Shown here: positions 1 through 15,509 of the stretch, piece after piece
How positions within the stretch are numbered: position 1 is the first letter of the stretch
How the letters are laid out: each line of letters opens with the position of its first letter
Source: Amoeboaphelidium protococcarum X5
Lineage: Eukaryota; Fungi; Aphelidiomycota
NCBI GenBank assembly: GCA_023515725.1
Contig: JALDTO010000142.1
Coordinates: 124,001 to 188,000, forward strand
Direction: 5' to 3'
DNA length: 64,000 nucleotides
Translations under genes and position numbers: made by a program
Notes under the pieces: generated by a model
What the model saw: only the letters and a program-made list of their open reading frames with translations
Database searches by the model: none
Told to the model about the DNA's origin: nothing

Positions 1-620
1 TTCCGAAGGGATCGAATGTAATCACAAGCCAAGTTATCAATATTCCACAGAGTGAACGCTGCAATATAACAAAATAATCCAAAATACAGCAGATTCCTGT
101 GCTTTTTGTACTTTTCCACCCAACTCAACCGCACAGCTTCGTACATTACAAACACGGTGAATAGACCGTACGCAGTGTGATGAAATTCAGGGAATTTAAG
201 GAACAGATATGACACAGTGACCACCAGAGCATACAAGGCAATACAGATAGGGAACCATGCGCCGTACCTGGGCTTCCTATCAATTTACACGCTGCAGAAT
301 AAGAGGAAACTGACGCAGTACAGCATGGGCAGCTCATCCAATAGCTACATTTCGTAAATCAGGGTCATGTGAAACGCCCATGATCCAATGCCGACAATGA
401 CCAGAGAGACGTATGCCCAGTAGTACCTGATCTAGAACCGGTAGATATAGGTGAGATAGAGACCAAGAAGCGCCAAATCTACGATAGCCATATTACTCAG
501 CGTGTTCCAAAATTCTGCAATATAAAAAGACACCATATAATTCTCCTCACACCAGTCCAATGTCGCCGTTCTCTACCCAAACCATCCCAACCGTCCACCA
601 TTCAAAATTCTTGCACTCAT
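1..620 (-). CDS. Alkaline ceramidase (ACER3/Ypc1/Ydc1 family); 3' end runs off the window
   Basis: ATG at 620. With TAR=Q it reads ...TATLDWCEENY..AEFWNTLSN..GIGSWAFHMTLIYEMQ(TAG)LLDELPM..WNIDN, which are CREST-family ceramidase motifs. No TGA in frame to position 1. Confidence 0.93.
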
Positions 621-995
621 ATTTACTACTATCGTCTCTCTCGCTCTTTCCCTTATAATTTAACAATAAAGAGAAGCTGGACTATAACAACTAAGAGCTA
701 ATCTAAAACCAAGCGAATGGCTCAAATAAAATAAACGTGAGAATCAAGTTTTTAGAATGACGATGAGGATCAAACAATGGGCATTAGTGATAACGTTTGA
801 CTCCGCGAAACAAGCTTACTCAAACTTTTTCTAAATAGTCGCAGGTCGGCTTTTACTCAGCAAAGGCACGAGAGAGACACAGAAAGTCGCCAGTCAAACG
901 TTCCTTTTCTCTTCTACGAATTTTTCTCTTTCTTCTTTTCGTGTTATTACAGAAGATCTAACCACTTATTCAAGATCTGATCACTTATTACAAAT

Positions 996-2099
996 ATGGC
1001 TGATAATAGACCGGTGTGTAATTTTTATCTGAAAGGTTAATGTAAATATGGAGATAGATGCAAGTTTAGGCACCCTGTGGAGATGAAGCAAGCATCTTTT
1101 ACTGGCCGGTCGTCTAATGTTAATAGTAATAATTTATAGAGGAGCAGTAGTAGTGGCCAGTAGTCTTTGAGTGTATTTGCCAAGCACTCTGCCTTCGGTT
1201 CGTCTTCTTCTACTTCTAATACTGCACCAACAACTACTAAAGCTGGCGGTGGGAATGCATCAGTTGGAAATTTAGCTTTTAATGCAGACACTATAAAGGT
1301 GGAGTTATCCTGGGCTAATATGTGGCCTATCAGTTGTTACGGTCCTGATTACTCCACGTATCCTCCCTGTAATTTGATTGCCGGTGTTGATGTATCCCCT
1401 GATGAGGTTAGAATGCAGTATTATGAAGCATCGAGGAGTAGTAATAGCAGTAATGCGCTCTAGTAGTATATGGTTAATGTGAGTTCCATGGTACAATCTA
1501 TACAGAAGAAGCGGTAGTAGATTCTCAGTAATGTCACTATGGCATTTGAAGATTATACACGTCAACTACTTGCTCCCACTAAGTCTGTATTCTCTTCATA
1601 GTCCGCGTTTTCTTAATCTGGTAACCCTGTATAGTCTACTTCTGGTGGTCAGTCTGTATTCGCGTCATTGTCATCGTAGTAATCGTAGTAGTCATTATAA
1701 CAGTAGAGTGTATTTTCTTAAAGCACGTCATTTCAGTAGCCACAAGGAGGTACAAGTGTATTTGCATAGGGTTCGTAGCCTTAGTAGAGTATATTCGCTA
1801 ACACTGGACCATTATAGTAATCTCTTACTTAGTAGCCGTCGTAATCTCCCTTGCTGACTTCGTCATAGAATTCATTTGCCCAGCCTCCCTAAGCTGCGCC
1901 ACAGTAATCTCTAACTAGCAGTCCATTTGCACAATCTGTATCGCAAATTATGTATAATTAACAAGTTGGAATACCTTAAAGTGTGAACATCTCATCTTCA
2001 GATCCCAAGTCGTAATAAGTAGTTGATCCCGCAGTGTGGACGCGGCCTTTTGAATTTGGTAAAATACCAGAGTGCGAACCTCCCACCAATGTGCGGTGA
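996..2099 (+). CDS. NUP42: CCCH zinc-finger FG-type nucleoporin Nup42/Amo1/NUPL2
   Basis: 367 aa. N-terminal CNFYLKGQCKYGDRCKFRH zinc finger, S/Q-rich region with spaced SVF/SPF motifs, C-terminal FEFGKIPECEPP (Gle1-binding-type motif), then TGA. Confidence 0.8.
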
Positions 2100-2339
2100 C
2101 TTAAAATGAAGTCTTTAGTCAATGTGAATATTAATTTAGTGATATGGCATGAGATCTGTAATATAGAATAAGACTTGATAATACAATCGTAAAGTCGATA
2201 CCAAAATTTAAGAACTTTTATTCTTCAACAACAGCTAGACTTTCTCTCTCTCGCTTTCAAAACTCATAAACTAGTCCTGGCTATCCCTATTCATCTTCTT
2301 TTTTTAGCATCATACTAAAATACACTAACAGTATCACAC

Positions 2340-3428
2340 TCACTTGAGCAGGAACCGCTCTGCAACATCATACAACAGCACTGACCTGGTTCGTGAAATC
2401 TTTGGCGCAAATCCTGGTGCTTTGTAACTGGCTCGCTCAGCGTTCACCAATTTGTGCAGGAAATAATCTCTAGAAGTGGCATTCTTATCGAAGTAGGCTG
2501 GTTCTGGAATCTCAGGCTGGTACGGGACAACTCCGCTCTTATTAGCAATCTCAAATGCATAACCTTCGCCTTTTGGTCTGACAAGGGCAAACACATGGTT
2601 CTACTTGCTCGTGATAGTTGACATCTTGACTGGCACACTTGGTGGTCCAGTCTAATCTGCACCAGATCCATCTTGAAATATAATGACCACAATATCATTA
2701 CCAATGTGTCTCTTTCGTTCCAACTACTATTTATCAGATGACTTCATTGGCAGGAGAAGGCTAACGTGGAACATCACCTCATATCCCTACCACTTTGTAT
2801 AGTACGAGTGAGTACCAGTCTGATTTTCATTAACATCCAGGCCAGCACGATATCCTTTCCAGTTCTTCAGTTCAATCTTCTCACCCAGGAAGCTCATAAA
2901 GTTCTTCAACGCTGGAGATGCCGTCTCCCAGCTATTGTTGTACATCTCCTCCTCGGTGCTCTGACCATCTTTCAGGTACAGTAGCCCAAACTTGTAACTT
3001 CTAATCACCTAACGCTCCTCCATGGAAAGTAATTCATTCGGCAGCAAAGGATCCTTGCAAACCTTTAAATAATCTACAGGCAGTGACGGTGCAGCAGCAG
3101 TTACAATATCTCTTGGTGCAGGCCCTAGACCAAGAACTTTTCTCAACAGAGGTGCCTGTACAGAGTCAGACTTGACCATGAGTCTGTCAGAGCCAGTAGT
3201 ACTTCTAACCAAAACTTTGTAATGCTAATCATCCTTTATTATCGAAACAGCAAGCGGACCGTTTGGACTCTCAGCAGCCAGAAGATTAGTGTGAGCCTTT
3301 CCAAAAAAGTTATCCCTATACCAGATGATATCCTTCTCACACTCTTGGAGCAAAGACTCATGAACTCCAGTGATCTTGGCTTGCGACGTGGTCTTTTCAA
3401 CTTTAAAGTCAGAACTGCTTGTATCCAT
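2340..3428 (-). CDS. Rap/Ran-GAP domain protein (Rap1GAP-like)
   Basis: Four track ORFs are in one frame joined by TAR codons (362 aa). Motifs YKFGLLY..GQSTEEEMYNN, GYRAGLD, FHV..L, KRHIGNDIVVIIFQ, KLVNAERA. Confidence 0.92.
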
Positions 3429-4177
3429 ATTTTAACTGAAACTAATACACTGAGATATGTATATAATGAATTGAAATTGAGTAGATCCAACGATTATTGA
3501 ATTCAGATAAATATATAGATAGAGTACTATGAACACAAACTTGAAATAACCAAATTATTACAGAGTAAAGTGACTGTTTTGGAACGGAACAGGAAGGAGG
3601 AGAAAACGATAAGAGGAAACCTGAAACAGAACGTTGTTCTTTCTCTTCTGCTCTCTGTTTGATTTCAGTTGATGATGATGAGCGAGCGAGCGACGAGGCG
3701 ACGGAGATTGTTATTTCTTTAGCTTTACCCTTTAGTTTCACTTGAACAACGGTTAATTGTACTCTTTATCAAGCACATCTTTTTAGTTTAAATAACTGAG
3801 TAAAAGGTATACTTAAGAATATCGACTACCTATCTGCAGAATTTGTCGATTTGCAAGAATCATATAGCACACGATGGATTTGAACACTTTTTCCAATGAT
3901 TAGTTGTCTATATTGCGTGTCATTACCTTTATTTGTAACACTATTGTCTGACTTTACACAGTGTATATTGTACCTAAAGACATCTTCTCAATTTCGTAGT
4001 TTCATTAGCAATATTGTCTTACAACACTGGAATCAAAGACTTTCCAAAATCCACAAAATAAAACTCGTTCGCAGCGTCTTTTGTCAGTCCTTCTTTCTTT
4101 TGCTTGTCCTAACACTCGCAAGTAACAGCTTCATTCACGCACGTTATCTTTAATAAATTATTACAACTAGAAGAAAG

Positions 4178-5417
<1,240 letters not shown>

Positions 5418-5624
5418 TTATTTATGATATATGCGCAGTACTATTCAGTATGTGGCAAATCAATCAGAATTCGATCTAATGTTTGTATCTGCGGACGGTC
5501 AGCCGATCGTTTCAAGTTCTCGTTTCACTTTGAACGCGTGACGTTTCAACTTTTATATCCACGCCATCTATCGTCTTTTCCATTCCCATTCACACCAATC
5601 TGAAACGAACGAATTAATCGAACA

Positions 5625-6719
5625 ATGCGCTCACAGAGAACAATGGTGCGATATATGATATGGGCTCTGATTGCTCTCATCACTGTGTTTATCATTTTCT
5701 TTGCTGATGTTGTATGCAATAAGAAGAGAGTGTTCAGTATCAATGGCGGTAGTAGGAATGGTAACTTGAAATGTCTTCAAGATTGGAAGTACGGCAGTAA
5801 TCCAAGTCATCAACTGTCTCCTGACTCGTATCTGACAAAGTAAGAAAGTTTGGAATATCCTTGTCTGATTGGATCACATTCTACTTAACTGGATACAATC
5901 TCAAAATCAAAACTGATGTACATTGTCATGACTGGTAGTCTGGCTGAAGAGAGGCAGGTGGCCGTAGCTGAAACGTGGGCCGGTAGAACAATGGACTCTG
6001 TTTACTTTGTTTCAGATCGTGCCAACTCATCACTCAACGTTCTCACGTTTCAAGAGCTTGTGAATAAGACTGGATACGCTGATGCTCAACACCGGTAATT
6101 TTCTCTCCTACGCAGACTTGCTACCAATCATGTGGGCATCTACCAAGATGATCATGTATACTAGAAAGCCAAAAGGAGATGGACAAGGTCGGATTGGGTT
6201 ATCTTGGTTGACGATGATACTTGGGTGAATACTAAAAACTTGGGACAATTCTTAAGCAGGTACAACTGCTAGGTACCGATGGCGTTTGGTTATGTTTTCC
6301 CAAAGTATCTCAGTGAGGATATACGTCCATTGATTCGGTAATGTTACAAGTATCGGAAAGGCGACTGCGAGACGCGTTTTCATTACGATGATAACATCAA
6401 TCACAGCTTGGGATGGCTCTCCGGTGGCGGTGGAATGATTCTTTCCAAACCAGCGGCTGAACTTATAGGCAAGGCATTATACACTGTTTGTCCATTTGAT
6501 AGAGTAAATGATCTAACTATGGGACAGTGTTTATCTCGCCTGCAGATACCAACTATACATCTAAATGAATTGATGTTTTCAGGTACACGAGCGTACGAGT
6601 CGTGGTCCACTTTGAACTATGCAGTAATCTAAAGCGCATTAACAATTCATTATGTTCCCAAGATTAAAATGTATCAAGTTGATGAATGTTATAATGGCAG
6701 AAGTTGTTTTAAAGTTTGA
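5625..6719 (+). CDS. Type II membrane GT31 / Fringe-like beta-1,3-glycosyltransferase
   Basis: 364 aa. N-terminal signal anchor, ETWA, DWVILVDDDTWVN (DxD motif), LSGGGGMILS, DLTMGQCL, terminal TIHY. Confidence 0.82.
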
Positions 6720-6842
6720 ATAATGATGTAAAGATAAAGTATTATCCCATGATAATGATTAAATGGGAAGGTCTCTTTGCCAAGGGGCTGATTTCTCACT
6801 TGATCTGTATTGATGTTTTTGTTTTTTAACAATGCTATACAG

Positions 6843-8594
6843 ATGGATTAATTAAATAGAATGGATAGCCGGCTCGTGAAATTGAGATATGTACCAAAGA
6901 ATTTATGCACCTTTGTAGAAAGTGATAGATTATAAGGCTTGTCGGGGATATAATTGATTGAACTTGTGCATAATATTCTGTTGAGATAAGACGTGAATCC
7001 ACGTGATACTGGAAATGGTGCATGTTTAATCAGTCATTAGGACGCGTTATCCCATCAGCATGAGACCGAATTGAATGAAATATCTTTCCTATAATTATAT
7101 GGCAATCGAGACTATCTACTGCAAGATTCTCTGACTATGGAGTTGATGGACAGTCGTGCTGTGAGTGCTGATGATTTTATTCAACTTGTATTGAATGCTT
7201 CGTAGTAGGCTGCTAAAATTCCCGAGATTCTTCTACATGACGCGTCAAATATGGTTTACTGCCGAGGTGTATATTATGAAGGCTATCTGATGAAAAAAGG
7301 TTTTAGATCATTACAATGGAAAAGGCGATACGTTATCCTGCGTGAACATCGTTTATCATATTACGCGTCGTAGCATGATAAAGCACCATTGGGCACTATC
7401 GATCTTTCGTAAGATGACGTGGCAGTTAAATTTAAAGCCTAACAATCTCTCTCTTTCTAGATCAGAACATCTGAAAAATGCTACAAGTTTAAAGCCTACT
7501 CTTAATCTGAATTTGATTAATGGAGATAAACGTTGGAATGTATTAAGACAGGTACTTCTTAGTTAATGATAGGCGCTTGTACAGACTTTAAAGATGTCGG
7601 CGATTGTAATATCGATACTTTGCCTAAGGATATGGCTGATTGCGATCACGAAAGAGACTTGTTTACTTACATCAAATACAAGAACAATGACAACGATAAT
7701 TTCAATGATGCAGCATTTGATCACCTGGACCTTGATATCGCTTTGAGCAGTATCGATCAAAGATCACGTCAACATTCCTGTTTAAACAGTCCAGATCAAA
7801 GTTTTGACAAAATATATGGAGATTATGTTGGACTGTTATACAAGAAAGGCCATGGTAATAGTTTAATGAGTGCCAGACTCTGTGTAATAAATCATCAAAT
7901 TATGTGGTATTTCAAGCCGCGTCCAGATGGTGAATATGGAGGAAACTATCTAAAGAATGCCCATTACTGTCTTGCTGGATGGATCAACTTGCATGGTAGT
8001 CAAGTCTACGGAGAATTACGTCAACATGCAGAATATAATGTCAAATCCTGTATACTAAGGATCAAAACGGCAGGTCGGAACTACGTCTTCAGTACGCCTC
8101 TGGAGAGTGACTTTAATGACTGGGTAAGTGCATTGGAACTCTACTCTGGAGTGACGGTCCGCATGACACGATGCGAATCTGACCTGGAAACCGCTAAAGC
8201 ATCTCTGACTGAAAAGGATCTTATCGATGCTGCATCTTTGTGTAGCCTGTCATCTATAGAAGGAATATTGTTAAAGCAAGGAAATGATAGTACCCAAAAG
8301 TTTAGAGAACGATATTGTAAACTTTATGGCGAATCTCTGTATTACTTTGATGAGAGCAGGTTGAAATTATTAGGATCGATTCCACTCAGTGGTTGTCTAC
8401 TGGAATCCGCATAATAATCTGCTGCTATAAGCGATAATTACGCGCTCTCATTTAGTATCATTCTCATGAATTAATAGCTTACTAATCCAATAGCTAGAAG
8501 ATATCAGTTTCAATGTTTGGATCGACAATAACTAGTGGGATGGGTATCCGCTTTATCTCCTCTATGCGCCGCGTCTCCTATACCTCTCATATGA
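6843..8594 (+). CDS. Protein with three PH domains
   Basis: 583-aa TGA-free frame. PH-like blocks: EGYLMKKG..WKRRYVIL..LSYY..PLGTIDL; GLLYKKG..ARLCVI..GWINL..DWVSAL; EGILLKQG..RERYCKL..LYYF..LGSIPL..GWVSAL. Start codon inferred. Confidence 0.75.
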
Positions 8595-8820
8595 ATATTT
8601 TTTATGTAAAATTATACCTTATATTGCTAGTGTTTATCCACTGTATCATAATAAAACGCCAATGTAATTATTATAATAATAGTCAAACTATGAAATTGGT
8701 CAAGTGACGAGATATTGACGCGTTATTATTTTCTGTGTCAACTCTTCTTTATTTACTTTATTGTTATACCCGCACATAGAGTTAATTTTTGGTAAATTAG
8801 CTAAAAGATAACAATCAAGT

Positions 8821-9492
8821 ATGGTGATGTTATGGATAATGTCATGGCTCACTATTATAGGCGGTGGAGCATTTTTCTTACTCTGTCTGGCCTGTGGATT
8901 GTATTATTTGACAGAGTTGATTGAAGAGTATACAGTATAGACTAGGAAGATATTACAGAGAATCCAGGTGTCCATAATACTGCTTCATATACTGTTAATG
9001 ATTTCCGGCAGTCTACCATTTATCCAACTATCCTTTAGTCTAATGTGTTAGATTGTATATGCTCTGCTCCTACTTCCCAAGTTCCCGTACATTAATATGA
9101 CTGACGTGTCTTTTGTCATTAGTATGATCCTGGTGATTGCTAATCATTTCTGGTGGTTCCATTATTTTGGTCTACTATAGTCTAAATATTTTGAATTTAG
9201 TGAAATATGCTCCGTATTTGCCTTTCTTGTCTGGCTAGTTCCCTTTATATTCTTCATCTCACTCAGTGCTGGAGATTAGACTTTGCCCTACACGTCACCG
9301 GGTGGTTTGAGCCGTCATGACACGGATTACACCTCCACGTCACCTTCTTCTTATGATGGTATCGATAGTAATAATAATAATAATAAAAAGAGGAACCTTC
9401 GACTAAATGGTATGGTGCGTTCATGGCTTAATGAAATACTGCGTGTAAAAGACGATTTCCTCCGCGTCAAATCTTCCAAGTCCTCTCTCTGA
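8821..9492 (+). CDS. SVP26: Svp26/Erv26/TEX261 ER-Golgi cargo adaptor
   Basis: 223 aa, multi-TM. LACGLYYLTELIEEYTV, NHFWWFHYF, VWLVPFIFFISLSAGDQTLP. Confidence 0.9.
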
Positions 9493-9702
9493 ATAGATTA
9501 ATGTTCATATTATTACATATCTTGATAGGATCCTCTTTTGTAGGATTACAATCTATTACTTTAAGCTGTTCAGGTATCAGTTAACGATTCGACTTAAAGC
9601 GGTACAAAGACAACTTCTTATCATAGTTAAATGAGTACAACTAAAGTTAGGTAGTAATAATTAAAGTATATTCAGACGATGTTTTATAACAAGTCGGCAA
9701 CT

Positions 9703-10388
<686 letters not shown>

Positions 10389-11029
10389 TTATAGTCTATT
10401 CTCTTAATAATTCTACTGCAATATGTGAGAAAGAATAAAGAAGTATATGAGGTAATATGATCGATCTAAACTAAAGGTGTAAAGTTGAGATTAAAAAGCA
10501 GCACACACCCACACACAACTAAACACTGAAATTAAAGGGCAGAACGACGAACAAAAGGGGAAAGAAAGAGCGCGATTAAAGAACGCGGCGTTTATAATGA
10601 AAAACGTTGAAGAGAGAGAGAAACAGCAGCGATGACGATCGCTCATTTGACTTTTCTCCGGATGAATTCTACTGGTGAGAAATTGAAAGAGCATCTTCCC
10701 TCATTATTAGGTGCAGAGAGACTCCGCCTGATTTGATAAAATAAGGCGCTATAAACTTGCTCGTTCCCTCAAATTCAATATACACTTAGTCTTTATTCAC
10801 AATTAAAGCGTAGGAATTAAATACTTCGTTGTGTTAATCTGCATACTAATAATTGCTAACTTGGTTAGTTGACGATTAGAAACTTGAATATATCTCGACC
10901 CTAATCTTTATTAGTGGTTTTCTCCGTTTGTGATGAACTGTATTATCACGCGCGCATAGTTTATCAATCCAACACTAATCATCTTTCTCTGCATAAACAT
11001 TCATAAATTGCTTAGAAATCTGTTAGAAT

Positions 11030-12586
11030 ATGATATAAATTCAGCGATACTCTATCATAAGCCTGAAATGTCAGAGGCGATAGATATGTGTGACTATGCC
11101 GCCTCTAAAAGATGATAAAATGAAATCACATCATCATAGAACTAGACTTACTAATCTTTTATGGCGAGAGCGATACGCAAAGGGTCAGGTTGATATCAAT
11201 GATAAGATTTTGGGTCCACATTATCATCACAGCAAGAGTAAATCTATCGCTGGTAAATATGATTAAAATTTTGTATACAAACCAGTTAATAGAAAGATGA
11301 AGGATAGTTATTGCGAGATTATATTGCCGTTTAGACAAGACTTATCGCTCCGTGAAGAGTATATTAATTTCTTTAAGGCTGTCAGAGTGGGCAAAATTTT
11401 GGAGGATCTGGATGCTCTGGCTGCCACTATAGCTCTTAAGCATTGTCTGCCTGGCGAGGACCTGAGTATTGTTGATCGAGAGATTGGTCCCAGTGTGGAT
11501 GAGAATGCACTAATGGCATTGGCTGATATTGTACCGCTGAACGTGGTCACTGCATCTATGGATAGAATGGATCTGCTGAACATTCTTCGTCCCGATCTAG
11601 ATCTCAAGTGCTATGGATGTGTTACTTATGCCGGAAGATCATCGATGGAGGTTACCGTTAGAGTTGCCTCTCGTGGAGATCCTGCGCATATGGTTAATCA
11701 GATGATTGACGAATCTGGCCAACCGCTGCCTGACGGTTAGAACTAGTGGACACCTCTGCTACTGTGCAAATTTACACTGGTAGCCAAAGATCCATTCAGT
11801 AATAAGCCGCTTGCGTAAATCAATCACTTGGTGCCATCTAGTGCTGAAGAGGAAAAGTTTATCCGTATGGGTCTTGAGAGAAAATAGAGAAGGCTGGAGG
11901 ATAGAAAGACTGATCTTCTGGATGGATAGGAGTCTCCAACTTAGGCTGAGAGTTAGTTGGTTCACAAGTTATGGATTCAGGGCCGGGATATGAAATTGAA
12001 CAATGATGGTGATTTATAAGGGCGTTCAATCGAAGATCGTAGTAGTGTTGCCCTGATGAAAGACACCAGGTAGACTGATATGAGAATTTGCTTCCCGTAA
12101 GAGCGCAATATGCACGGCTCTGTCTTTGGTGGATTTCTGATGAGAGAAGCGTTTGAATTGGCTTATGCTACGGCGACACTGTACATTAAGGCACGTCCTC
12201 TCACCGTGGCGATGGATGAGATCGCCTTCAAGAAACCGGTTCCCATTGGATCCATTCTGAAATTCAGCAGTGAAGTGGTATACGCTGAAGGTGAACCGCA
12301 TCGCACTTTCCAAGTGTCTGTCATTGCCGAAGTCTTGTCACCGGATAATCACTATAAATCATAAGTAAGTAATACGTTCTTCTTCACGTTTGCCCGCTGT
12401 GATGCTTCAGAGACTGACAAGGTGGACGGCGATCTCATCGGAGCTGGAATCGGCAAAGTGAGAAAGATCATACCGGTCACCTACGAGGAGTCTATGAAGT
12501 GGATTCTGGGTAGAAGACGTAAATCGCGTGGCATCGTCGAAAAGCAGGCGCAACTTGATGAGTTTTAGATGAAATTGATTGACTGA
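11030..12586 (+). CDS. Acyl-CoA thioesterase, double HotDog fold (ACOT9-like), probably mitochondrial
   Basis: 518 aa. VRVGKILEDLDALA, VVTASMDRMD, GRSSMEV, FPQERNMHGSVFGGFLMREAFELA, FKKPVPIGSIL. Confidence 0.9.
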
Positions 12587-12945
12587 TAGAACTGATTGAC
12601 AAATAGACAAGATGAGATTAATGCCTTTGAACTTTAAAGATATGAGATTATATTTATATAACTAAAATAACCAGTAGGCTCTTATATAATGTTGGTACAT
12701 CATCACAGAGTACCATTGAGTGAATCACATCGAATTCAATCTCATCGATGTTGATCAATTTATTTATTCAATCAATCATCATTCATCAACGCAGACTTTT
12801 ACCCACGAAGGCCTCACCGTCGTCGCTTTCGTCGCTTTTTCCCGATCTCGCACTTTTGTTAAACTGATTACTACGTTCAAGTGTTAGTTCTCCAGTTAAT
12901 AACGCCTCTTGTTTACTTAACACTTATTGTCACGTTGTTGAAAAG

Positions 12946-15443
12946 ATGAGTGGTGAACTGTCGTAGAAGTAAGCCAAATCTAGAAATGTTCACAGACCTG
13001 TTCTGTTTGAAATTGCGTGGGAGGTGGCTAATAAAGGTTAGTTTATTCTCTTGTCACTATGAACTGATTATAAATACGTGTGTGAGTGATTAGTGTAGTT
13101 GGTGGCATATACACAGTCATCAAGACCAAGGTTCCAGTGACGCTTGAAGAGTATTCTGAGAAGAGGTACTTCCTAATTGGGCCGTACAATAGCAAATCTG
13201 CTAGTCTCGAGGTGGAGCCAGTTGAGAACGCCCCAGACGCTCCGTCTCAGTTGTTTCACTTGCGCACGGCGATCAATGCTCTGCGCTCGCACGGTGTTAA
13301 CGTTGTCTTTGGCAAGTGGCTGATTGAGGGAAGTCCGTACGTGATTCTGCTGGACATCAATAGTGTGAGACACCGTACTGGGGAATGGAGAGGGGATCTG
13401 TACTAGTCTTGTTAGATTCCTAGTCCGGAGAATGATTGGGAGATGAACGATGCCATCCTCTTTGGCTACCTGGTTGCATGGTTCTTGGGAGAGTATGCGC
13501 ACTAGAATAAAAAGCATGCTGTTATTGCGCACTTTCACGAGTGGTAGTCATCCGTGGGTCTGATTCTGGCAAAGTAACGAAATCTTGAGGTGGCCACAGT
13601 CTTTACTACGCACGCCACACTTCTAGGTAGATACTTGTGTGCTGGTAGTGTGGACTTTTACAATTCTCTGCACCTGTTTGATGTCGATTATGAAGCTGGC
13701 AAACGTGGCATCTACCATCGTTATTGTGTGGAGAGAGGAGCTGCCAATTGTGCTAATGTTTTTACTACTGTATCCCACATCACTGCGTATGAGGCTGAGC
13801 ATTTGCTGAAGAAGAAGGCTGATGGTATTACGCCGAACGGTCTTAATGTCGGGTAAAAGGGTAGTGCTCTGCATGAGTTTTAGAATCTCCACGCCAAGTA
13901 CAAGTCCAAAATTCATGATTTTGTCAGAGGTCACTTTTATGGTCATCTGGACTTTGATCTAGATAACACGCTGTACTTTTTCACTGCTGGTAGGTATGAG
14001 TACAGGAATAAGGGTGTGGATATGTATTTGAATGCTCTGAATTTGTTGAACTAGAAGTTGCGCCGTCTCAACTCTCCCATCACAGTGGTGGCTTTTGTAA
14101 TTATGCCTGCTGCTACCAACTCTTATTCTGTTGAAGCTTTGAAGGGATAGGCTGTGATGAAGCAGTTGAAGGAGACTGTGCACCAGGTTCAGGAGAATAT
14201 TGGCAATAGAATTTTTGAGAGTTGTGCAAGTGGCAAGTTGCCGGATAGTCAGCACATGGTCATGGAGTCTGAGATGGTCCTACTCAAGAGAAGAATTTAC
14301 ACTATCGCACAACACCACTCCTTGCCTCCAATTGTCACGCATAATATGGTTGATAATGATAATGATCCTATTCTGAACCATATTAGAGGAATGGGTATGT
14401 TTAATCACCGAGACGATCGTGTCAAGATTGTGTTTCACCCAGAGTTTCTAAACAGTAATAATCCTCTGTTCTCCATTGATTATGATGAGTTTGTTCGTGG
14501 TTGTCATCTTGGAATATTCCCTAGTTTCTACGAGCCTTGGGGATACACCGGAGCCGAGTGTACAGTATTGGGAGTGCCAAGTATTACGACGAATCTGTCT
14601 GGTTTTGGTTGTTATATGGAGGAGACTATAGAGAACCCGTCCGACTATGGCATTTATATTCTGGATCGTCGCCTCATTTCACCGCATGAGTCTATTGAAT
14701 AGCTGGCAGATATAATGTTCAAGTTCTGTTAGAAGAGTCGCCGCCAGAGAATTAATCAACGTAATCGTACGGAGAGGTTGAGTGATATCTTGGATTGGAA
14801 TACGATGAGTCTGGAGTACGTGAAAGCTAGAAGATTAGCGCTGCGTAGAAGGTTCCCTGAAGGATTCGTGGGAGAGGAAGAAGAGCAGAGTGAGTGGCAC
14901 TAGTCTATTGACGATGACGCTAGTGAATACAATGTGGATTACACTGAGAGTTATGAGGAAAAGGTGATGGATAAGATTCATGAAGATATTGAGGATTAGG
15001 AAGATGAAGAGGACAATGTTGATGGCCGCGTATCAGTAAATGCTAATTATAATAAAGTAGTTGATGCGAAAGAAGTTGCTGATGAAGATCCGGACGTTAC
15101 CACTCCAATAGAGAAGGAAGATGCAACGCTGATGTCTCCTCTGGTAGAAGGTCGCAAGATTAGAAAGCCGTTCAGTGCCACGACAAGTCCAAAGTTGCAG
15201 GCCATCAAGAGTGAAGTCGAAAGTGGAATGCGCGAACTGGCCACTGGAGGACTGGACCATGCAGAAACTCCGGTGTTTAGTCTAGAGAATGACCGTGGAT
15301 CTGCCGCTGTGGAGGATGATTAGAGTGCTGCAGACAAATAGTTGAAGTAGCAAAAGAATACTGATAATTTGATGAAGTTGGTCACTGAGAAGTTGCACGA
15401 GAACATGAAACTGTCATAGTAGTAATAGGTTGGAAAGTAATGA
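12946..15443 (+). CDS. GSY: Glycogen synthase (GT3); exons 12946-13036 and 13099-15443
   Basis: [28 protein letters not shown](TAG), [19 protein letters not shown](TAG)[37 protein letters not shown]. 62-nt intron at 13037-13098. Long acidic C-terminal tail. Confidence 0.96.
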
Positions 15444-15509
15444 TAAATGATATAGTAAGAAAGTGTCTAAAGATTAAAGTTTGGAAATTTATCAACTTTC
15501 TTCAGTTAA

